The notes under the pieces were generated by a model that had not been told where the DNA came from, did not search any database, and saw only the letters and a list, made by a program, of their open reading frames with translations. From contig JAIVJZ010000046.1 in assembly GCA_020199775.1 (NCBI GenBank), positions 9,011-73,010 of the forward strand: a DNA stretch of 64,000 nucleotides, written 5' to 3'. The DNA is from Acidobacteriota bacterium (lineage in GTDB: Bacteria > Acidobacteriota > Blastocatellia > Pyrinomonadales > Pyrinomonadaceae). A program made the translations under genes and the position numbers. Of this stretch, positions 17,375 through 25,652 are shown in pieces; the first letter of the stretch is position 1; each line of letters starts with the position of its first letter.

Positions 17375-18688
17375 ATGGCAACAGCAACCGCGACCAACAC
17401 GACGACCGACAAGAAGGCGATCATGCGCGACAAACGCGCGCAGGGCATCGCGGCGATGGGACTGGTCACACGCGAGGGCGACCGCTTTCGCGTGACGACG
17501 CCCAGCCTGCGCGGCAAGCGCAGCAGCTACGAAGTCTGGCGCGACGACGCGGGCAAAGTGCGTTGCTCTTGTCTGGAGTTTGAGGAGCAGTCGGTGGAAG
17601 ACCCGACGTTTCGCTGTGAGCACGTCCTTGCAGTCAAGCACTCGCTGCTCGCGAAGAATTCGGAGGCTGTGACGAAACAGCCGCCGCAGCAGCAGACCGC
17701 CACCGCACGCGCGGCGGCCACGGAAACGGCGGAGACGCCCAACACTAACTCGACCGCATCCGAGAAGCGCGCACGTCAGGTGGAAGCCCCGCTGGAGGCC
17801 GACGCCGCGCCGACGCGTTTCGGACGGGAGCAGGACGAACCGGAGACGGCGCACGAAGGTGGCGAGACAGCCACCGCGAGAGCGTCCGTGCCGCCGGTCA
17901 GTTCGCTTGCGGATCACAAACAGGAAGAGGAGCAGGAAGAGATGAGTAAGAGACAAGCAACTGGCGTGATCGAGCCGGAAGATGATCTGGATTTCGTCAC
18001 CGCGGAAGAACATGCCGCTTTGAGCGCGGGCACGCCGGTCGTGCCGCTCGCTTTCACGAACACGCTGCGCACGCTGCGCCAGCCGATTGATCCGAAGTTC
18101 ATCAAGACGCGCGAGGGCTGGCGCGACCGCAACGGCAGCACGCACATGGTCGAATACGTCGAGTGGCATACGGTCGCCGACCTCCTCGACCGCGTCGCGC
18201 CGACATGGTCGCACTCCGTGCGCGGCATCGTCCAGATCGGCGACATGGTCGCGGTCACGGCCGCCATCTCGATTGACGGCGTGACGCGCGAAGGCGTCGG
18301 CACGGGCACGGCCGACAACGAAACCGGCATCAAGAAGGCCGAGCACGACGCTTTGAAGCGCGCGGCCATCAAGTTCGGCATCGCACGCGAGTTGTACCAG
18401 CGCGAGTCGGAAGTGATCGAGCAGACGGGTTCCGCGCCGCAGAGCGAATTCCCGCGCGACCCGCTGGCGAAGTCCATGGGCGACCTCGTCACGCCGAAAC
18501 AACTCGGCATGATCCGCGCGCTCGCACGCGAGGCGGGCGTCGATGTCGAAGAGGAATGTCAGGCCGTCCTTCGCTGCCGCACGGAAGAGTTGTCGAAGAA
18601 GGCCGCATCATCCTTCATCGACCACTTGAAGAACTTGCAGGGCGGCGCGGCCGAGCAGCAGCAACAACCGATGCGCCGCGCGAGCTAA
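17375..18688 (+). CDS. SWIM zinc finger fused to a Rad52/Sak-type single-strand annealing protein
   Basis: aaggag 9 nt upstream of ATG 17375. SWIM CxC...CxH in VRCSCLEFEE...FRCEHVLAV. Low-complexity linker. Then YVEWHTVADLLDRVAPTWSHSV...VGTGTADNETGIKKAEHDALKRAAIKFGIARELY, a Rad52-family core pattern. Confidence 0.68.
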   Translation: MATATATNTTTDKKAIMRDKRAQGIAAMGLVTREGDRFRVTTPSLRGKRSSYEVWRDDAGKVRCSCLEFEEQSVEDPTFRCEHVLAVKHSLLAKNSEAVTKQPPQQQTATARAAATETAETPNTNSTASEKRARQVEAPLEADAAPTRFGREQDEPETAHEGGETATARASVPPVSSLADHKQEEEQEEMSKRQATGVIEPEDDLDFVTAEEHAALSAGTPVVPLAFTNTLRTLRQPIDPKFIKTREGWRDRNGSTHMVEYVEWHTVADLLDRVAPTWSHSVRGIVQIGDMVAVTAAISIDGVTREGVGTGTADNETGIKKAEHDALKRAAIKFGIARELYQRESEVIEQTGSAPQSEFPRDPLAKSMGDLVTPKQLGMIRALAREAGVDVEEECQAVLRCRTEELSKKAASSFIDHLKNLQGGAAEQQQQPMRRAS

Positions 18689-18792
18689 ACGCATAATCCA
18701 AGGGGAGCCGGAAAGAATCGCGGCGGGGCGGCGGCGAAGAGTAAATCAAACCTGCCCCGCGCGCGACGGCTTCGGGAAGTAAGAGGTTCACA

Positions 18793-19332
18793 GTGATGAC
18801 GACAGAAGAACTGATTCAGGAACAGCCGTTGACGTTCGAACTCGAATACGCCGACGCGACGCGTGAAGCGGTAGCGGCGGGCGTCGTCGAGCGCGAGGCG
18901 GAGCAGACGGAGCGCGTCGAGCACGATGCCGAATCGCGCACGAAGAAGGAACAGATTCTCGCGCTCTACGAAGCGGGCACGACGGACATCGCGCAGATCG
19001 TCCGGGCGGTCGGCGCGCGTCCTTCTTACGTCGCGCAGGTGTTGCAGTCCGCCGGTTTCTTGACCGGCTACTTCGATCTCTACACGACGACGGGGCGCGA
19101 GCAGAACGTCTACACGCGCTTCTTCCGCAACGTGCTCTCGTTCAAGACCGTGGAGGCGGCGCGCGAGTCGGTGCAGAAGATCGACCGTCTCTATAACTAT
19201 TTCGAGCGGCTCGGCGACCGCGCCGGCCAGCATCAAGCGATGGTCTTGGCCTTGACCGGCAAGAACCGCGCGCGCTGGAGCGGCAAGCAGGAAGAGTCGG
19301 CGGTGTTCAACGAGTGGCTCGCCGCTCACTGA
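18793..19332 (+). CDS. Hypothetical protein with a probable HTH segment
   Basis: aagagg upstream of GTG/ATG 18793/18796. KKEQILALYEAGTTDIAQIVRAVGARPSYVAQVL looks like an HTH. The rest is unrecognised. Confidence 0.5.
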   Translation: MMTTEELIQEQPLTFELEYADATREAVAAGVVEREAEQTERVEHDAESRTKKEQILALYEAGTTDIAQIVRAVGARPSYVAQVLQSAGFLTGYFDLYTTTGREQNVYTRFFRNVLSFKTVEAARESVQKIDRLYNYFERLGDRAGQHQAMVLALTGKNRARWSGKQEESAVFNEWLAAH

Positions 19333-19406
19333 CCACGGTACGCCGGCAAGTCGAATTGAAGATCACCCGAACGGCCTACGGGTGTAGAACGGGCACAGGG
19401 CGGGTT

Positions 19407-19448
19407 GAAAGGTGAGGTACAAACAAGGGGTATCTCACCTTTCTTTTT
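19407..19448 (+). terminator. Rho-independent terminator ending the rightward island operon
   Basis: Stem gaaaggtgag / ctcacctttc, 17-nt loop, then ttttt. Confidence 0.6.
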
Positions 19449-19764
19449 ATCCCGAAGGCAATCGCGCGCTGTTAGCAATCCAGAATTAAACAGGCGGCCC
19501 GGAAGCCGACACGGCTTTTCGCAGCCTGACCGCGACTCGATCTAACAGTCGCGCCAACCCTCGCCGCAAACGAAACTACCCTCGCTCCCGGTTTGGCAAC
19601 GCGCCGACACCGTCCGTCCCCGCGCCTCGCCGTGTTGGGGCACAGAGTCAAACATCGCCTCGCATGATCTAACGTCGCGCGCCACGAAAGCGAGACGCGC
19701 GGCCGCAAGTTTTGCAGTTCCGCATTGGCTAAAAATTACCGAGCGAAAAAGGAGAACTTTGAAC

Positions 19765-20142
19765 ATGCCGAGAGTCATACATTTCGAACTGAGCGCGGAC
19801 GACCCCGAACGCGCCGTGAAATTTTACGACGAGGTCTTCGGGTGGAAGACGCAAAAATGGGACGGGCCGCAGAGTTACTGGCTGCTGGAGACGGGCGCGG
19901 AGGGGCAGCCGGGCATTAACGGCGGCTTGATGAAACGCTCCGACAACCCGCTGCCTCCGTCCTCCGCCACCAACACCATCGACGTGCCTTCCGTTGACGA
20001 CTACGCGCAGAGAATCACGAATCACGGCGGCAAGGTCGTGATGCCGAAGGGCGCGGTGCCGGGCATCGGCTACATCGCCTACTGCGAGGACACGGAGGGC
20101 AACGTCTTCGGGATCATGCAGTTCGACCCGTCGGCCAAGTGA
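19765..20142 (+). CDS. VOC (glyoxalase/bleomycin-resistance) family protein
   Basis: MPRVIHFELSADDPERAVKFYDEVFGW...GYIAYCEDTEGNVFGIMQ. aaaggag 10 nt upstream of ATG 19765. Confidence 0.85.
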   Translation: MPRVIHFELSADDPERAVKFYDEVFGWKTQKWDGPQSYWLLETGAEGQPGINGGLMKRSDNPLPPSSATNTIDVPSVDDYAQRITNHGGKVVMPKGAVPGIGYIAYCEDTEGNVFGIMQFDPSAK

Positions 20143-20177
20143 GTTGGTTCGTCCCATTTCGAGTTGGAGAAAATGAC

Positions 20178-20621
20178 ATGAAGATCAACTACGCGGCAGT
20201 CGCCGCCTCCGCGCTTCTCTACTGGTTGCTCGGCGGTCTCTGGTATTCGCCTTTCCTGTTCGGGGGCAAGTTCATCGAACTCACGCGCTGGTCGCCGGAG
20301 CAACTCGCGCGCATCGAGGCCGAAGGCGCGGGCGCGCAACTCGCGCTGGCCTTCGTCGGCTCGCTCGTCGCGGCCTACGTGCTCGCGCACGTCGTGCGCT
20401 ACACGAACGCGGAGACGGCCGGCGGCGGCGCGAAGACGGGGCTGTGGCTCTGGCTCGGCTTCGTCGTGACGAGCAACTTGAACACGGTCTTCTTCGAGTT
20501 TCGCCCCGTCGGCCTCTACCTCATCAACATCGGCTACCACCTCGTCGCCTTTCTCGCGATGGGTGCGCTTCTGGCCTCCCGGCGTAAGCGGAGCGAGGCG
20601 AAAGCTCCGGCTTACGTGTGA
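20178..20621 (+). CDS. DUF1761-like membrane protein
   Basis: MKINYAAVAASALLYWLLGGLWYSPFLFG is the typical DUF1761 N-terminus. Four predicted TM segments. ggaga 7 nt upstream. Confidence 0.65.
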   Translation: MKINYAAVAASALLYWLLGGLWYSPFLFGGKFIELTRWSPEQLARIEAEGAGAQLALAFVGSLVAAYVLAHVVRYTNAETAGGGAKTGLWLWLGFVVTSNLNTVFFEFRPVGLYLINIGYHLVAFLAMGALLASRRKRSEAKAPAYV

Positions 20622-20630
20622 AACTGCCCG

Positions 20631-20718
20631 TAGCCCGTGGTCGGTTGCCGGTCGTCCTTTCTAAACGGTAGTAATCGCCCGGTGAATCACAAGACGGCCG
20701 GCAACCGACCACGGGCTA
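20631..20718. repeat. Long inverted repeat (26-bp arms, 36-nt loop); no clear heptamer phasing
   Basis: tagcccgtggtcggttgccggtcgtc (20631-20656) pairs with gacggccggcaaccgaccacgggcta (20693-20718), one mismatch. Begins 10 nt after the DUF1761 stop. Confidence 0.7.
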
Positions 20719-20788
20719 AGAACAAGCGGCGGCTTTTTCTTCCCCCTTTTGCCGGAAGTTCGGGTACTATTCATGCCTGAACGGCTTG

Positions 20789-21484
20789 ATGCGTTCGACG
20801 TGCAAAAGGGGGAAGATCAAGGGCGTGCCGGCGAAAAACGAAGACCTCCACGGGAACGTGCCCGACAAGGCGGAAGTGGCGTTGTTGCTGATCGACGTGA
20901 TCAACGATCTCGAATTCAGCAGCGGCGCGCAACTGCTCAAGCACGCGTTGCCGATGGCCGAGAAGTTGGCCGCCTTGAAACGGCGCGCGAAGCGGGCGGG
21001 CGTCCCCGTCATCTACGTCAACGACAACTTCGGCAGGTGGCAGTCGGATTTCAACAAACTGCTCAAGCATTGTCTCGAAGAGGACATGTGCGGCAAGCCC
21101 GTCGCCGAACTGCTCAAGCCGGACGATGAAGATTATTTCGTCCTCAAGCCCAAGCACTCCGGTTTCTTCTCCACCACGCTCGACACGCTGCTCGAATACC
21201 TGCAAGTCAAAATTCTCGTCCTCACCGGACTCACCGGCGACATCTGCGTCCTCTTCACCGCCAACGACGCCTACATGCGCGACTTCCACCTCGTCATCCC
21301 CTCCGACTGCGTCGCCTCAAGCGACCCGGACGAGAACCGGCATGCGCTCGAACAGATGCGGCGCGTGCTCAAGGCCGACACGCGGCCTTCGACCGAAATC
21401 GACTTCGACGAACTGAAGCGGCCCGCCGACGACGAAGAGCCGAACGCGCAACCGCAGTCGCACCAGTTCGCGAAACACGAATAA
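20789..21484 (+). CDS. Isochorismatase-family cysteine hydrolase
   Basis: VALLLIDVINDLEF, KPKHSGFFSTTLD and LTGLTGDICVLFTANDA (catalytic Cys) motifs. Start TTG 20786 / ATG 20789, or slightly later. Confidence 0.85.
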   Translation: MRSTCKRGKIKGVPAKNEDLHGNVPDKAEVALLLIDVINDLEFSSGAQLLKHALPMAEKLAALKRRAKRAGVPVIYVNDNFGRWQSDFNKLLKHCLEEDMCGKPVAELLKPDDEDYFVLKPKHSGFFSTTLDTLLEYLQVKILVLTGLTGDICVLFTANDAYMRDFHLVIPSDCVASSDPDENRHALEQMRRVLKADTRPSTEIDFDELKRPADDEEPNAQPQSHQFAKHE

Positions 21485-21557
21485 GAGAAAAAGTCTTCAC
21501 GGTCGGTGCGGGCGGTTTAATCGAACGGAATAAATTTACTGTTTCGGGAGGACGTGT

Positions 21558-22232
21558 ATGTCACGATTTTTTCGCAACAACGGGCTCTCGCTCGTGCTGT
21601 TCGTTTTGTTCTTCTGCACGCTCATCATCGGCCAATCAATCGTCGGCCAGCGCGAGTACAACAACGACCAGCAGGAGCACGGCCAGCCCGGCGTCTCCTA
21701 CACCGCATACCTCGCCACCCCGCACTTCCTCGAAGCGACGATGGAGAACTGGGAGAGCGAGTTTCTCCAGATGTTCATTTTCATCGTGCTCACGGTCTTC
21801 CTCTACCAGAAAGGCTCCGCGGAATCGAAAGACCCGGATAAGGAGGAGGCCGTAGACCGCGACCCGCGCTCCGCGCGCGACAAGCGGGGCGCGCCGTGGC
21901 CGGTGCGCCGTGGCGGCTTCGTCTTGAAGCTCTATGAGAACTCGCTCGGCCTCACGTTTCTCATCCTCTTCTTTATCTCATTCTACCTGCACGCGGTCGG
22001 CGGCGCGGGCGAGTACAATCAGGAGCAGGCCGAACACGGCGCGGCGGGGGAGCGCGTCTCCGCGCTCGCCTACATGGGCACTTCGCGCTTCTGGTTCGAG
22101 TCGCTGCAAAACTGGCAGAGCGAATTCCTCGCCATCGGCCTGATGGTCGTGCTGACGATCTGGCTGCGCCAGAAAGGCTCGCCCGAATCCAAGCCCGTGG
22201 ATGCGCCGCACGATCGGACGGGCAACGAATAG
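21558..22232 (+). CDS. Membrane protein of unknown function with an internal tandem duplication (DUF6766-like)
   Basis: Two homologous halves: REYNNDQQEHGQPGVSYTAYLATPHFLEATMENWESEFLQM...LYQKGSAESKDP, and GEYNQEQAEHGAAGERVSALAYMGTSRFWFESLQNWQSEFLAI...LRQKGSPESKPV. Confidence 0.65.
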   Translation: MSRFFRNNGLSLVLFVLFFCTLIIGQSIVGQREYNNDQQEHGQPGVSYTAYLATPHFLEATMENWESEFLQMFIFIVLTVFLYQKGSAESKDPDKEEAVDRDPRSARDKRGAPWPVRRGGFVLKLYENSLGLTFLILFFISFYLHAVGGAGEYNQEQAEHGAAGERVSALAYMGTSRFWFESLQNWQSEFLAIGLMVVLTIWLRQKGSPESKPVDAPHDRTGNE

Positions 22233-22303
22233 GCGACAGTTGCAGGGGCGCAGGTTTGTCCTCGTCCGGCTTTAACCGCGCCTTCCGGGGCGGGTGAGTT
22301 ATG

Positions 22304-22348
22304 AAGCGAAGAGGCCGTCAACTTCAGAAGTTGACGGCCTCTTCGCTT
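22304..22348. terminator. Bidirectional terminator hairpin between convergent genes
   Basis: Perfect 21-bp stem aagcgaagaggccgtcaactt / aagttgacggcctcttcgctt with a 3-nt loop. Confidence 0.7.
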
Positions 22349-22373
22349 GTTCACGAATCGAGCGGAACGCGTT

Positions 22374-24170
22374 TTATTCAAAGGTCTTGCGTTCGGGGTT
22401 GCGCCCGCGCATGGCGGCGACGGAGAGTTCCTTCGCGCGCGGCAGCACTTCGATGGCCTTGGCGACTTGCGGGTCGTCCACGATCTGCACCTGCGACGCC
22501 GTCACCGTGCCGTAAGCGGCGGTGGCGATGTCGTAGCGCATCTGGCGCGCGATGAAGTCGCGGCCGCGGTCGAGTTGTGTGTCCTTGAGCTTGTAGGTCT
22601 CGTCGTTCGCGACGAAGCTCTTGAACGCCTTGAAGAGATTATCCGTGACCGGATACTCCTCGGCCTTGATGTCGTGCTCGTAATCGATGGCGCGCGAGAT
22701 TTTGTAGTCCTCGAAACCCTTGATGCGGCCGTTGACGAGTTCGCGCACGAAGGCGAAGATCGGGTCGATGAGACGTTGCTGCGCCGGTTCGATGAGGCGC
22801 GGCTTGACGGGTTCGTCGGGGGCGATGCCGCCGCCGCCGTAAACCTTGCGCCCGGTGTCCGTCAGGCTTTCGGGGCCGGTGGGCTTCGCCGCCGCCGCCG
22901 CTTTCTTCTCCTCGTCGAGGCTGCCCACGCCGCCGCGCGTGTAGTAATCGTAGAGACCCTCGTTCGTGTAGTCACGCTGGATCAGGCGACCCGAAGGCGT
23001 GTAGTACTTCGAGGAGGTGAGCGTCACGGCCGTGCCGTATTCCATCGGGATGATGCTCTGGACGAGCCCCTTGCCGAAACTCGTCTCGCCGATGATGAGG
23101 GCGCGGTCGTGATCCTGCAACGCGCCCGCCACGATCTCCGAAGCCGAGGCCGAGTTGCGGTTGACTAAGACGACGAGCGGCACGTTGTCGGGCGAACTGT
23201 TGCGCGACTCGTAGGTGCGGTCGCTGCCCGCGACGCGCCCCTTCTGCGACAAGATCACCTGCCCGCGCTGCAAGAAGCGTTCGGCGACTTTGACCGCCTG
23301 ATCGAGCAGGCCGCCGGGGTTGCCGCGCAGGTCGAGGACGAGCGAGGTCATGCCCTGCTTGCGCAAATCTTCGAGCGCGGCGATGAACTCTTCGGCCGTG
23401 CTGCGGTTGAAGCCGCGCGTCATGTCGATGTAGCCGACGCCGGGCTTGAGGATGTAGGAATCGGGAATGGTCGGCTGGCCGACGGCGTCGCGCGTGATCT
23501 CGACCGTCTCCAGAGCCTTCGTCGAGGCGCGTTCGACCTTAACCTTGACGGTCGAACCTTTCGGGCCGCGCAGGCGGTCGCGCACGTCGCTCGAATTCTT
23601 GCCCTTGATCGTCTCGCCGTTCACTTCGACGATGCGGTCGGCGAAGCGCAAGCCCGCGCGCGTGGCGGGCGCGCCCGGAAAGGTCGCGAGAATGTAGGTG
23701 TCGGTCTGGCCGCCGATGGTGCGGTCGCCGATGGTCGCGCCGATGCCGTAATACTCGGAACGCCAGTCGGCTTGCAGTTCCTCGAATTCCTTCGAGTCGT
23801 AGTAGTTCGAGTGCGGGTCGAGCGAGCGCAGCATGCCGATGATGGACGACTTGAAGGCGGCGTTGTAATCGATCTTCACGCCGTCGACGTAGTTCTCCTG
23901 CACGATGCTGAGAGCCTCCGCGAAGTCCTCTTCGATGGCGGCGGTTGCGCCGGACGCGGCCGGGACGCGCCCTCGACCGCGCCGACCCCCAGGGGCGGCA
24001 GGGCCGACGTTGGGCGGCATCTGCTGCTGCGGTTGTCCCTGCGCGCCGGTGCGGCCGGGCGCGGGTTGTTGTGCGAGCACGAACGTGGGAAGCGAAAGCG
24101 CGACGAGCAAGAGTGCGACGAGGCCGGATGATATTTTTTGTTTCACTACGGGCAAACCTCTCAAGACCAT
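22374..24170 (-). CDS. S41 family C-terminal processing (tail-specific) peptidase with PDZ domain
   Basis: ATG 24170 gives a signal-like MVLRGLPVVKQKISSGLVALLLVALSLP. LVLDLRGNPGG, VVLVNRNSASASEIVAGALQD and GETSFGKG motifs. Confidence 0.88.
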   Translation of the reverse strand: MVLRGLPVVKQKISSGLVALLLVALSLPTFVLAQQPAPGRTGAQGQPQQQMPPNVGPAAPGGRRGRGRVPAASGATAAIEEDFAEALSIVQENYVDGVKIDYNAAFKSSIIGMLRSLDPHSNYYDSKEFEELQADWRSEYYGIGATIGDRTIGGQTDTYILATFPGAPATRAGLRFADRIVEVNGETIKGKNSSDVRDRLRGPKGSTVKVKVERASTKALETVEITRDAVGQPTIPDSYILKPGVGYIDMTRGFNRSTAEEFIAALEDLRKQGMTSLVLDLRGNPGGLLDQAVKVAERFLQRGQVILSQKGRVAGSDRTYESRNSSPDNVPLVVLVNRNSASASEIVAGALQDHDRALIIGETSFGKGLVQSIIPMEYGTAVTLTSSKYYTPSGRLIQRDYTNEGLYDYYTRGGVGSLDEEKKAAAAAKPTGPESLTDTGRKVYGGGGIAPDEPVKPRLIEPAQQRLIDPIFAFVRELVNGRIKGFEDYKISRAIDYEHDIKAEEYPVTDNLFKAFKSFVANDETYKLKDTQLDRGRDFIARQMRYDIATAAYGTVTASQVQIVDDPQVAKAIEVLPRAKELSVAAMRGRNPERKTFE

Positions 24171-24323
24171 TTTCCGCTGAGACCGTAAAGACAGACGCGC
24201 GCCGGGAGCGTGGCCGCCGCGTGCACCTGCCGCCGGGGGCAGTTTTTGTATAGTACTGGATGAGTGAAAAGGCGGCAAGGTTGCGTCCAGACCCGGCTCA
24301 CGCGCATCCAATTTCTCGGATGA

Positions 24324-24437
24324 GCGAAGTGAATGGGTCAGGGGTACAGGTGAAAAGGAAAAAGGGGAAAGGAAAACTGAATGTGCCAAAGTCGCATTTT
24401 ACCCTTCCCCTTTTACCCTTCCCCTCTGACCCTTCGC
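24324..24437. repeat. Heptamer-armed hairpin, GGGTxxx/GGGGAAA family, in a divergent promoter region
   Basis: gcgaagtgaatgggtcaggggtacaggtgaaaaggaaaaaggggaaaggaaaac ... ttttacccttccccttttacccttcccctctgacccttcgc. Lies between the S41 gene start (24170, minus) and the RHH gene start (24587, plus). Confidence 0.8.
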
Positions 24438-24586
24438 TGTTTCCCGCGGGGCGGCTGTTTGTTACTTCCCCTCCGATAAATTAAAATGGCGGGTAGCAAT
24501 CGGCCAAGCAATTTGCAACAGAAGCACGTCCGCGCGCCCCGCAATTTTGCGCAGAGCGCGCGAGCCGCAGTGAAGGAGATTTTCGC

Positions 24587-25042
24587 ATGAGCAGCCCTTA
24601 CGACCCGAACAACCCGCACGACCCACACGACCCTGTGAATCAGGGCGAGATGATCGACGACCTGATGCTGCGCGACGACGAAGACGATTCGGGACACAAC
24701 GCCGACCGCGAGCGCATGTCCTCTTCGGTGCGCGACATCGCCTCGCGCATCCCCGAATCGCTCTCGTCCATCGGGCGCGACATCAGCCGCACCATCGAGC
24801 GCGCCATCTCGGCGAAGGACGATTACGTGGTCGCCGTCAAAGTCTCGCACGAGGCGCAGGAGAAGTTGGAGAATCTCGTGCAGGCGGGCGTCTTCCGTTC
24901 GCGCGCCGAGGCCGCCGCGTTTCTGATCGACGAAGGCATCAAATCGCAGACCGCGCTCTTCGACCGCGTGCAGCAGAAACTACACGAGATCGAACGCCTG
25001 CGCGCGGAGTTACGCGGCATGATCAACACGCCGCAAAGTTAA
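24587..25042 (+). CDS. Hypothetical protein with a C-terminal ribbon-helix-helix (CopG-like) segment
   Basis: aaggag upstream. YVVAVKVSHEAQEKLENLVQAGVFRSRAEAAAFLIDEGI fits a strand-helix-helix pattern. Acidic disordered N-terminus. Confidence 0.5.
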   Translation: MSSPYDPNNPHDPHDPVNQGEMIDDLMLRDDEDDSGHNADRERMSSSVRDIASRIPESLSSIGRDISRTIERAISAKDDYVVAVKVSHEAQEKLENLVQAGVFRSRAEAAAFLIDEGIKSQTALFDRVQQKLHEIERLRAELRGMINTPQS

Positions 25043-25124
25043 AAGCGTTGAAAGATTGCGCGCGGCGGCGCGGGCGGCTTGCAACCCCGCCTGCGCTTCC
25101 GCCTTCAAAAGTCCGTTAAGAGTT

Positions 25125-25643
25125 ATGAAACGCGTTTTCGGTCTCATCGTCATTCTCGCCTTCGCGTCTTCTGCGGGCGCGTCCGGCACTGTCGCGCAAT
25201 CGCGCCGCGTCCGGCGCGCCGAGGAGCCGCCGAAGGAAGAGCGCGTCGATAAGTCTGAGGCGAATGACAGGGCGGAAGGCGAGGCCAAGAATGAAGCCGG
25301 GGGCGAAGCAAAAGGCAAGCCGCCAGACGAGGCGCGCGTCGGTGGCGACAAGCCGCTGACGGGCAAGGAAGTGACGGTGCGCGCCGTCATCAGGGCGAAG
25401 CCGAACCCCGTCTACCCGCACGAGGCGCGTCGCCACGGGGTGCAGGGCGAAGTCAAACTGCGCATCATCCTCGGCGCGGACGGCAAAATCCGCGGCCCTG
25501 TCGAGGTGCTCGAAGGCTTGCCCTACGGTATCACGGAGCAAGCGATTAAGGCCGCCCGCCGGATCGAGTTTGAACCGGCGCGCAAAGACGGCCGCCCCGT
25601 CTCGCAGTACGTCACCGTTGTTTATCATTTCCATTTATACTGA
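25125..25643 (+). CDS. TonB C-terminal domain protein
   Basis: Signal peptide MKRVFGLIVILAFASSAGA, charged linker, then NPVYPHEARRHGVQGEVKLRIILGADGKI...IEFEPARKDGRPV (TonB_C pattern). Confidence 0.75.
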   Translation: MKRVFGLIVILAFASSAGASGTVAQSRRVRRAEEPPKEERVDKSEANDRAEGEAKNEAGGEAKGKPPDEARVGGDKPLTGKEVTVRAVIRAKPNPVYPHEARRHGVQGEVKLRIILGADGKIRGPVEVLEGLPYGITEQAIKAARRIEFEPARKDGRPVSQYVTVVYHFHLY

Positions 25644-25652
25644 GGTCTTAAT

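Larger units (their letters stand above)
13175..19448. mobile_element. Putative integrated mobile-element or prophage/satellite remnant; no integrase in the window
   Basis: Clustered phage/ICE-type genes: primase, ImmA-like peptidase, Uma2 nuclease, HicAB, XRE repressor with a divergent promoter region, Rad52-type recombinase. Visibly lower GC at 15.0-16.45 kb. Ends at the terminator 19407-19448. Confidence 0.5.

Noticed and set aside
19333-19758. Searched the island borders (also 13031-13174) for a tRNA/tmRNA gene or att-type direct repeats
   Set aside because: No cloverleaf-compatible sequence or T-loop consensus was seen. The only repeat (GATCTAAC...GTCGCGC) has both copies on the same side, so it cannot be an attL/attR pair.
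24171-24389. 73-codon N-terminal extension of the S41 peptidase ORF
   Set aside because: It runs into the hairpin element. A signal peptide starts at ATG 24170.
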